A DNA stretch of 64,000 nt. It comes from a virus. The DNA is taken from positions 1 to 64,000 of the IMG/VR virus record IMGVR_UViG_3300025065_000001; one strand, given 5' to 3'. Position numbers and translations under genes: made by a program. Below the pieces are notes generated by a model, which saw only the letters and a list, made by a program, of their open reading frames with translations, made no database searches and was not told where the DNA came from. Shown in pieces: positions 29,735 to 37,813 of this stretch; within the stretch, counting starts at the first letter, position 1, and each line of letters begins with the position of its first letter.

Positions 29735-29813
29735 CGGTTAGTAGTCCAAGTGGCTCCTAATTATCGTCAATTTCCAAATCAACGCCTCAGCCTTGCTGGG
29801 GTGTTCTGTTTTT
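29735..29813 (+). ncRNA. candidate trans-acting antisense sRNA (~80 nt) complementary to the phage-wide translation-initiation box
   Basis: Promoter upstream; seed TTATCGTCAATTTCCAAAT (29761-29779); terminator stem with G-U pairs valid only on + strand, then CTGTTTTT. Confidence 0.75.
29781..29813 (+). terminator. intrinsic terminator of candidate sRNA
   Basis: AACGCCTCAGC-CTT-GCTGGGGTGTT followed by CTGTTTTT. Confidence 0.7.
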
Positions 29814-29882
29814 GGGCGTTTGAAAAATATTCAATCTATTCCTCTTTTCGGTATACTAAGCGAAAATTGAGGGAAATTGACG

Positions 29883-30371
29883 ATGAAAGAACTTTCACAA
29901 GAAATTCAGTCTCAACGGCATTCGCTGACCCCTGAAGACTTAACCACCTATCTAGAACTCATTATCGAAGACCCTGATGGTCAGCCGGTTATCATTCGTC
30001 TTACGGATAGAGAAACCCGTGAGTGGAAAGGTACCACATGGGTGCATTCTCCTTTTAAAGTGACTGGGGTTGGAAACAAATCCAGCGGTGAGAAAAATCG
30101 TCCTAGTTTATCCCTCCCCAATGAAGGGGGGCTTTATAGTTACTACTTGAACCAAGGTCTTTTAGAGGACTCCGTGGTAACCCGTTATAAAGCTCTCCCG
30201 CATGAGAAGGGGGGAACCCTCACTTCCAAACACGTATTTTATGTTTCACATGCCAGTAATATCAGTGCCTCTATCCTAACTCTTCAGTTGCGAAGGCTTT
30301 CTGACGGTAACAAAACAAAATTCCCACCCCGCAGATATGTGCAGCCAGAGTTTAGAACGGTAATCGTATGA
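29883..30371 (+). CDS. minor tail protein (lambda L-like)
   Basis: RPSLSLPN, synteny in M-L-K-I-J order. Confidence 0.65.
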   Translation: MKELSQEIQSQRHSLTPEDLTTYLELIIEDPDGQPVIIRLTDRETREWKGTTWVHSPFKVTGVGNKSSGEKNRPSLSLPNEGGLYSYYLNQGLLEDSVVTRYKALPHEKGGTLTSKHVFYVSHASNISASILTLQLRRLSDGNKTKFPPRRYVQPEFRTVIV

Positions 30372-30865
30372 TCAAAGAATTAAATACCTTTTGCGGCCAT
30401 GTGTATGAACAAGGCATTCAGGATTGTTATACCTTGGTTCGCGATTTCTACAAGGTCCGTTACCAGATGGACCTTACTAATTACGCTAGACCTAACAACT
30501 GGATTCTCGACCCTAATTTAGATTTCTTTACCAACCTATTCCAGCGTGAAGGTTTTGAAGATACCAATAATTGCCCTCACAAAGTTAGGTTCGGCGATGT
30601 ATTGATGATGCGAATTGTTGGAAGTGAAGTCGTAAACCACGTAGCAATTTATGTTGGCCGACAGAAAATACTTCACCACTTACAAGGCCGCGTAAGCGAA
30701 ATCGTTGACTATGACGATAAATGGCGTTTCCGTGTGGTTCGTGTTGTAAGACACCCAGAAATTGAGAAAACGACGGATGCTGTAGCCCTTCACAATCTGC
30801 ATAAAGGTTTACCCATTCACCTACGTGCAAAATTACGGAGTGCGAATAGTGAAAAAGTTGAGTAA
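30368..30865 (+). CDS. NlpC/P60 tail-tip protein (lambda K C-terminal-like)
   Basis: DCYTLVRDFY...NHVAIYVG...ILHH. Confidence 0.85.
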   Translation: MIKELNTFCGHVYEQGIQDCYTLVRDFYKVRYQMDLTNYARPNNWILDPNLDFFTNLFQREGFEDTNNCPHKVRFGDVLMMRIVGSEVVNHVAIYVGRQKILHHLQGRVSEIVDYDDKWRFRVVRVVRHPEIEKTTDAVALHNLHKGLPIHLRAKLRSANSEKVE

Positions 30866-31184
30866 TTTGTGGAATGACACGGCTGAGCGCTGTGGCTTTA
30901 TTCTTAAGTCCGGTGAAATTGTTGAGGTAGATAATATTGCCGAGGACCCTAAGAATGAATTTGAGGTCTCCGAGGCAGACTTTGAAAAGTATTATGCCAA
31001 TGCCGTAGCGTCTTGGCATTCTCATACGGATGATTTCTCCAATCTAAGTTTATCTGATTATTATACATTCCTGTCTCTACCGGAGTGGGATCATTGGATA
31101 GTGTCTAAATACAAATCGGTAAAATTCTCCGTGAAATCCGAATGTGTAATTTTAGAAGAGGTAGTACCCCATGGTGACGATTAA
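30849..31184 (+). CDS. JAB/Mov34 tail-tip protein (lambda K N-terminal-like)
   Basis: ERCGFIL...WHSHT....LSLSD. Confidence 0.8.
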   Translation: MKKLSNLWNDTAERCGFILKSGEIVEVDNIAEDPKNEFEVSEADFEKYYANAVASWHSHTDDFSNLSLSDYYTFLSLPEWDHWIVSKYKSVKFSVKSECVILEEVVPHGDD

Positions 31185-31935
31185 GTTGGTTGGGTTTAGC
31201 AATGCTATCCCTAAAGTTATTAAGACCGTTGCGGCAAATTATAGAGAGGCCCTTGAAGCACTGAAGCTACAAGAGGCTTTTAACCCTCGCAAGGCTAAAG
31301 TTAGATATGTCTGTGAAGTCGAAGGGCTTAATTCCACCTTGGACTTAGACGAGCCGGTTATGGATGGGGTTATGACGTTACGCCGCAAGCAAACACTTAA
31401 GACACTTAAGGGCTTTCAGGGTAGTGGTGGTAACAACGGCTGGGTAAAAATAGTTGTTGGTATAATCTTGATCACCGTGGCGATATTAGCACCGCCGGTA
31501 GCCGCAGGGTTCGCGGCCTTAGGTTCGGCGGGTATGGTAAGCATAAACCTTCTCGTGGCTAACTTAGGTTTAGCGCTTATTGTAGGCGGGTTAGCCCAAG
31601 AGCTGATGCCCACACCAGAGAATAATACTTCGGATGAAACGAGTAATACCGCTACCTCATACCCCAACACCATACGTTCAGGTACCCCCGTGGCGATGAT
31701 TTTTGGGCGCCATAGATTCGGTGGCCATCTATTTCAGTTCAATATTGAAAGTGTTGGTAGGTCGTCAGCAGATATTCGAAATTTTACTAACGTTGTTTGG
31801 GATGAAGTTAGTGACAACAGACGAGATTCTTGGTCTACTCTATACTTCAATAGTGAGTCTCAAGAAGTAGGCCAAACTACTTCGACCCCCCGAGGGCGCG
31901 AGACTGATGGTATAAGAGCAACACAAGTTTTTTAA
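31171..31935 (+). CDS. tail assembly protein (lambda I-like)
   Basis: Ubiquitin-like N-terminus, hydrophobic middle, GTPVAMIFG. Confidence 0.75.
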   Translation: MVTIKLVGFSNAIPKVIKTVAANYREALEALKLQEAFNPRKAKVRYVCEVEGLNSTLDLDEPVMDGVMTLRRKQTLKTLKGFQGSGGNNGWVKIVVGIILITVAILAPPVAAGFAALGSAGMVSINLLVANLGLALIVGGLAQELMPTPENNTSDETSNTATSYPNTIRSGTPVAMIFGRHRFGGHLFQFNIESVGRSSADIRNFTNVVWDEVSDNRRDSWSTLYFNSESQEVGQTTSTPRGRETDGIRATQVF

Positions 31936-31967
31936 AATCTGGCTAAATTGACGATATTGGGGCTTCC

Positions 31968-34900
31968 GTGACGCATAACACGTTCAAGGGCCGCGGAGGG
32001 GGTAGTGGACCCTCGAATGACGCGGACAACCTATTTTCTACAGACGCATTTGAGTTTGTCCTTGGGATATCCGAAGGGCCGATAGGCGGCGTTGTGGGAG
32101 ATACCCCCGAAGAAAAGCTTCGCAATATCTTTATCGACGACACCCCAGTCTTTAACAGCCTCAATCAAACAAACTTTGATAACGCCAGCTTAATGCTGCG
32201 TTTCGAGCAAGGTACCTTAATTTCAGCTAAGGACGACCCCGAAGAAGGGCAGACCCCTATTTGGTTTGGTCTGGGTGGCCAGAACGTCATTCAGCAAGTG
32301 TCGGCAAACCTAGCATATCAGGCTCCAATAACTAGAGTTACTGTACCCACTGTAGCGGGATTTGACGAAATTGAATTGCGGTTCACCGTGTCTCAGTTAG
32401 TCAAATATACGGATGATGGCTCTAAAAGGCATAGTGCGAATTTCAGAATCCAATACAAGAACCTATTGGATGATAACTGGAATACAAAAACTATGACCAT
32501 TTCAGGTAAAACCACGGTTAGTCCTTTTGTGAAAGTTCACAATATACGGATGGCCAGAACCAAGCCTGAAGACCAGTTTGAAATTAAAGTTACTCGTCTT
32601 ACTGAAGATTCTAATGAGGAAGAAGTAGCGGCGATATCTTGGACCAGTTATGAACTACTTACCAAATCTGGGGATGCCTACACCGACAATGGGGTTGAAT
32701 ATAGCGACCCCGATTTAGAGTACCACCCTGGACTTGCGATGATGCACGTTGTGGGTGTTCTCGGCCAGCAGCTCACCAGTATCCCTAACGTAAGCGCGAA
32801 TTACGATGGTATTAAGTGTTCAGTTCCTTCGAACTATGACCCAAAGACTAAAACCTATGAAGAAAGCTCAGCATGGGATGGGCAATTTAAAGCTGAAAAG
32901 TCTACTACGGATAATCCTTTTTGGATTGCACACGAGCTGGTTACTAATCCAGTGTGGGGTATTGTCAAAGCCAATCCACGGGTAAAGATAAATCGCTATA
33001 ACGTCTATCGAATGGCGAAATATGCGGACGGTTATGACCTTCAAACCAACGAAAAGAACTTAACTAATCCGATTACAGGTCAGGAGAAAGCCCCGCGCTA
33101 CGCCTTCAATGCCGTATTAACTGAGCCTCAAAATGGTTGGGACGTTCTTCGTTATGTTTTAGGTAGTGCTTTCGCTAGGCCTATTGAAGAAGACTCGGGC
33201 GAAATAAAGTTTATCGCGGATTTGCCGGATCTTCCTGTTGCGTGGGTTACTCCTGAAATGTGCGTGGCCGAGACCGATGGCTCCCCGTTTTCTTATAATT
33301 TCTCTGCCTTATCTGAGCGTCACAATGCGGTGACTTCCAGTTATATCGACGCATCTTTGGACTACCAACAACAGTACGTTGCTGAGATACGTGATGAAGA
33401 CTCCATTCTAAAATACGGGCTAAACACACATGAGTTTGATGCTAAAGGCGCGACTGATGTGTGGGAAGTGAAACGACGAATGACGTTTTACATATCATCC
33501 GTAACGACTGAAGTTAGAACGGTTTCGTTCTCTGCCCCTCAACTGGGGATGGAGTTTGAACCGATGGATATTATTAACATCGTAGATCCTGAAACAGGCC
33601 ATGCCTATTCTGGTAGGGCTGTGAAGTTAGAGAGCAAGGCTGTCACACTTCGAGACCCTGTGTATTTTGATGAAGGCGGCACCTATAACGTAAAAGTTAT
33701 GGGTAAGTACGAGAATTTTGACTTCACTATCGATGTGCTGTCTTCGGATGTTGGCCGACCTATTTACCGGCTAAAACTAAAACAGCCAATGCCAGAGCTT
33801 ACACTTTTTAATAAGTATGCACCGGTTGTTGTTTCGGCATCTAAGAATGGTCAGCTTATAGGTCTACCTAAGCCTTGGCGCATCATAAGTGTTACTGAAA
33901 ACGACAGCGTACCCGAGCTCTACGATTTCTTTTGTCAGGAAGTAAACCTAAACAAGCATGGTGACGCTGACAACCTAATTATTTCTGAAGCTCCTAAATA
34001 CTCGTTTCTTCTGAGACCACAAGTTCGCAAGGTTAAGAACCTTCGCGTTTTGGATGAAGAGCATATTCAGGTTCGTGGAGTAGAGCAGATAAACCTTTGG
34101 ATTGGTTGGGAGCTAGAGGCCCCTTTACCGCCAGGGGGTTATTTTGAAGTTCGTATTACAGAACAATCGGTTAATGGCCGAGAGTACACCACGAAAACCA
34201 ACAACCTTTATTTCGAGATTCAGAACGTAAAATTAGGCGATATCCAAATTGAGGTACGTAGTGCCCAAGGGGACAACGCTAGTCCATGGACCGTTCTGCA
34301 ATGGTCTACAACTATGGTATCCGCTGAAGATTTGAGAGACGCGGGTATCACCCCAGAAATCACTATTCGCTATGAGAACTATGCCCTAACTATTGATAGT
34401 AAAGTAATGTTTGACTTTGGCTCTACAGAAGTTAACCGCGTTAACTTACTTGAGACAAATGGTGTGTTGGGTATTCAGTTTAAGATATACGACGATGTGG
34501 ACCCAGATAACCGCGTACACCTTTTGACCAAGACCGCAAAGTCTTCGCTAATTATCCCTAAAAGCGAGTTCGAGGTTGCTGTTGAAGGTAAGGAACTGCC
34601 TTCTGATTTATATATTACAGCACGCGTTGTGGATCTTGTCGGAGGCTTTTACCCCGACCTATTCCAAAGCCCTCTAGCATTCCAAGTAAGTAACCCCGCG
34701 CAAGAGATAACGAACTTAAGCTATCAATACGTTTTCTCTGATGAAGACCCGCATTTGGTAACGTGGGATGATAACAACTATGGGTATGAAATCACGCTTT
34801 ATAAGCCGGATGGCCAGAGCGAGATTTCTAGTTACAAGATATATGACAGTAGCCAAGTATTCGGGTTCTTACGAGCAGCCGAAGGTTATGTCGTAAAAGT

Positions 34901-36530
34901 TAAGGGTTTTACTAATACACTTAGCTACGGCAAGCCTAAGACGATAACGTTCACGGTTACCGCACCACCAACCCCACCAGAAGAACCTACTATCACTAAC
35001 GAAGGCGGCATTATCACGCTTACGCCTCCGAAAGTTGATAAGACTTCTAGTTACTATGAGTTCAAATACCATAGCGAGAATGTGATCACGGAAGCGACGG
35101 ACTACTCGAACGGAAGTACGATCACTCTTTATTCCTCTGCAGAAGGTCAAGTCTTCCATATTTGGTACCGCTTAGCCTCTAAAGAAGGTTTTGGCGCATG
35201 GGTACGTAAAGAGATTACGGCAACAGAAGCCTTCCAAGTAGACCTTGGGAGTGTTGTAAATGAGGTGCTTAACTACGAGGGCCCAGATTGGGGTAAATCC
35301 CTAAGCGACAGCATCACACAGATGCTTGCGGATATGACTATCTGGGATGAGAGAACCACAGCGTTAGGTGATACCTATGAGAACCTAATCCTAACTCAGT
35401 CAAGTCTTGACGATGCCAATAAGATTAACTCCCTCGATATTATGGCGCTAAGGGGTAAGGTCGGAGATAAAACCGTTCAGACCCAAATTGTCGAAAATAA
35501 TATCGTCCAGATTGGCTATGAAGATGATGAAGGTAATTGGGTCATGGGTGCACCATTGGCCCGTGCTTTCACTGAGCTAAAAATCAAAAATCTAGATGGT
35601 GATTCCGTCTCGGTAGTCAGCTACATGCAAGCGTTAGAAAACGCTATGGGTAACCTAGAAGCAACCTTTACCCTCGGTGTAGTTGATGAAGAACAAACGT
35701 TTACAGGTTTAGAGATTACAGGGGGCAGCGGGGTCAGCGCGATTAAGCTTTATATGGATAACCTAACGTTCGCCAATAAAGCCGGAAAAGACTTTTTTAC
35801 CTACGACTCTGCTTCTCAGAAGCTCGTAATGACTGCGGATGTTGAGGTTAGAGGAACGTTAGTTTCAACCCGAAAAATTACGGTTACACCAAATGTTATG
35901 GAGATTGAAGACCCTAATGGCTTTGGTCCAGATAATCTTTGGATATGGAAAGGTACCCCAATTCTCAACGGTTCTGACCCTAATTACAGTGCCCTTACAA
36001 AACAGAACGCATCCCTAGGCTGGCGAGACCTTAACGGTAACGAATATTTCGGTGGTTCTGTGACTACCGGCCAGTTGATAAATGGGGGGGATAGTACCTT
36101 ATTGTCTCTCAACCCTTCGGTTGAAGTCGGTCCATTTACTACTAATGGTAACCCTAAATTGGTGAGCTGTAGCTTAAACTGGCGCGGGACTTACTCATGG
36201 GACGAAGCGTGCCCAACTAATCAAGGGTTTGTTCCTGAAGCAACGATCATTTTAGAGCGTAGTTTAGGGGGTGGGGGGTGGTCAGAGCTTCAACGCCAAG
36301 TCTTGACAGGGACAGTCACATACCGCGAGTTTGATGATCCTGAACACGGCGTTACAACCTGTACCATGGCTGAAGTTTCTGGGGGCTCATTTACCTTCAC
36401 AGATACTAGCACCTCCCTTGCAACATTCACTTATAGGCTACGAGTGACAAACCAGCAGCGTGCATTACTACAACAATTTATAGACTTACAGCGTTTGAGT
36501 CTCGTTAGTGTAGAAGAGAGACCCGCCTAA
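31968..36530 (+). CDS. central tail fibre/host specificity protein (lambda J-like)
   Basis: ISEGPIGG, WDGQFK...TDNPFWI, FN3-like repeats, 1520 aa. Confidence 0.85.
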   Translation: MTHNTFKGRGGGSGPSNDADNLFSTDAFEFVLGISEGPIGGVVGDTPEEKLRNIFIDDTPVFNSLNQTNFDNASLMLRFEQGTLISAKDDPEEGQTPIWFGLGGQNVIQQVSANLAYQAPITRVTVPTVAGFDEIELRFTVSQLVKYTDDGSKRHSANFRIQYKNLLDDNWNTKTMTISGKTTVSPFVKVHNIRMARTKPEDQFEIKVTRLTEDSNEEEVAAISWTSYELLTKSGDAYTDNGVEYSDPDLEYHPGLAMMHVVGVLGQQLTSIPNVSANYDGIKCSVPSNYDPKTKTYEESSAWDGQFKAEKSTTDNPFWIAHELVTNPVWGIVKANPRVKINRYNVYRMAKYADGYDLQTNEKNLTNPITGQEKAPRYAFNAVLTEPQNGWDVLRYVLGSAFARPIEEDSGEIKFIADLPDLPVAWVTPEMCVAETDGSPFSYNFSALSERHNAVTSSYIDASLDYQQQYVAEIRDEDSILKYGLNTHEFDAKGATDVWEVKRRMTFYISSVTTEVRTVSFSAPQLGMEFEPMDIINIVDPETGHAYSGRAVKLESKAVTLRDPVYFDEGGTYNVKVMGKYENFDFTIDVLSSDVGRPIYRLKLKQPMPELTLFNKYAPVVVSASKNGQLIGLPKPWRIISVTENDSVPELYDFFCQEVNLNKHGDADNLIISEAPKYSFLLRPQVRKVKNLRVLDEEHIQVRGVEQINLWIGWELEAPLPPGGYFEVRITEQSVNGREYTTKTNNLYFEIQNVKLGDIQIEVRSAQGDNASPWTVLQWSTTMVSAEDLRDAGITPEITIRYENYALTIDSKVMFDFGSTEVNRVNLLETNGVLGIQFKIYDDVDPDNRVHLLTKTAKSSLIIPKSEFEVAVEGKELPSDLYITARVVDLVGGFYPDLFQSPLAFQVSNPAQEITNLSYQYVFSDEDPHLVTWDDNNYGYEITLYKPDGQSEISSYKIYDSSQVFGFLRAAEGYVVKVKGFTNTLSYGKPKTITFTVTAPPTPPEEPTITNEGGIITLTPPKVDKTSSYYEFKYHSENVITEATDYSNGSTITLYSSAEGQVFHIWYRLASKEGFGAWVRKEITATEAFQVDLGSVVNEVLNYEGPDWGKSLSDSITQMLADMTIWDERTTALGDTYENLILTQSSLDDANKINSLDIMALRGKVGDKTVQTQIVENNIVQIGYEDDEGNWVMGAPLARAFTELKIKNLDGDSVSVVSYMQALENAMGNLEATFTLGVVDEEQTFTGLEITGGSGVSAIKLYMDNLTFANKAGKDFFTYDSASQKLVMTADVEVRGTLVSTRKITVTPNVMEIEDPNGFGPDNLWIWKGTPILNGSDPNYSALTKQNASLGWRDLNGNEYFGGSVTTGQLINGGDSTLLSLNPSVEVGPFTTNGNPKLVSCSLNWRGTYSWDEACPTNQGFVPEATIILERSLGGGGWSELQRQVLTGTVTYREFDDPEHGVTTCTMAEVSGGSFTFTDTSTSLATFTYRLRVTNQQRALLQQFIDLQRLSLVSVEERPA

Positions 36531-37813
36531 TGAACTATCTCCGAAATTTTACCTCCGTCTCTATAAATACGAATGAAAACGTTGTTCAAATTAATGACAA
36601 CGTTTCAAACTTTGCGATTAAAACAAATAGTCAGTTATTTATAGAAGGATATTCCATACCCGTTACGGTGGAGAGCTCTAACACTCAGGATAGAACGCTA
36701 ACACTTACAGCGCCTTGGCCAAACGCTAACGTTGTAGAAAAAACCGCAAAGATAATCCCGTTAGGGGACGCCGACGTTTATTTAAGTGCCGTTGAAGCTA
36801 ACAGAGCTGCTTACGACGCATTAATTGAGGCTATAAATAATCCTGCGGGGGATTTGCAACCCGCGGTGGAGGCAGCGCTTAATTATTTATACACGCAAGT
36901 GGCCCAGAGCGCTCCGGTTGAGAAAGAAGAAAATCTATCTCATCGATTGATTGATTACCCAACATATAAACCTACAGAAGAGTTGCCAACCGAATCCCCC
37001 AACGATAAACGGCTTATGCTGTTTGATAATGTGCGAGGTTTATTCCATGTGGCTTTTACAGACCGTTGGTTCACGGTACCAACTAATCTAGAAAGTCGAA
37101 GGTTCGCGGTATTTTACAGGGGACTAATTCTTCGATTTAAAAATAACAGTTCCTACACTGGCACTATAAAGATGCGTGTATATCCGATGGGGGTTGGTGG
37201 CTTAGGCTTACCAAATAACCCGACTTTGGCGAACCATCAATGGCATGTATATGAAACTACCGTTACTGAGCTTTATAAAATCGGTGAGTTTGGGAGCCAG
37301 TATTTCGAGGGGATCATTGACTATGTTCAGCTCGAGACAGGGTGGCAAACCTTCGACACAGATATGTCTGACTGCAGCTCATTAAATGCTAGCTTTGATA
37401 CCGCGTTCGGTACGCTCAAAAGCCCCTTTAAACAATTTCACCGTCGAGCGGATGGCTTTTGGTATAGCGAAGATATGATGCCAACTACACCGAATGCTAT
37501 GGGCGCAAGCTGGGCTCAAGACCCGAATAACCCTCGCGTGTTTACGGTAACGGGTGCTACGAGTGGAACTGACGCTTTACGTTTCTTCGGAGACGCATTC
37601 GATGAATTCCAATTTGAACTTATCTTAGACGTATCTTACGTCAGTGGCACCCTCGCACTAACAGTCTCCAACAGTGACCCGAACAAGGTTTATTACCCTG
37701 GACCTGCAAGATTTATAACCGATGAAAGAATTTACTTTAAAAGAGCCGGTTCAGAAGTTACCGCAGCTCTGACCGTAGAGTCCATTAAAATGAGAATACC
37801 CCATTATGAATAG
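36530..37813 (+). CDS. putative tail fibre/receptor-binding protein
   Basis: After J; fibre-like N-terminus. Confidence 0.5.
   Translation: MNYLRNFTSVSINTNENVVQINDNVSNFAIKTNSQLFIEGYSIPVTVESSNTQDRTLTLTAPWPNANVVEKTAKIIPLGDADVYLSAVEANRAAYDALIEAINNPAGDLQPAVEAALNYLYTQVAQSAPVEKEENLSHRLIDYPTYKPTEELPTESPNDKRLMLFDNVRGLFHVAFTDRWFTVPTNLESRRFAVFYRGLILRFKNNSSYTGTIKMRVYPMGVGGLGLPNNPTLANHQWHVYETTVTELYKIGEFGSQYFEGIIDYVQLETGWQTFDTDMSDCSSLNASFDTAFGTLKSPFKQFHRRADGFWYSEDMMPTTPNAMGASWAQDPNNPRVFTVTGATSGTDALRFFGDAFDEFQFELILDVSYVSGTLALTVSNSDPNKVYYPGPARFITDERIYFKRAGSEVTAALTVESIKMRIPHYE

Noticed and set aside
29750-29935. 61-aa ORF over the sRNA locus, and a minus-strand reading (box, AGGAG, TTG)
   Set aside because: The + ORF has no SD and crosses a terminator; the minus reading stops after three codons (TTG GAC TAC TAA)
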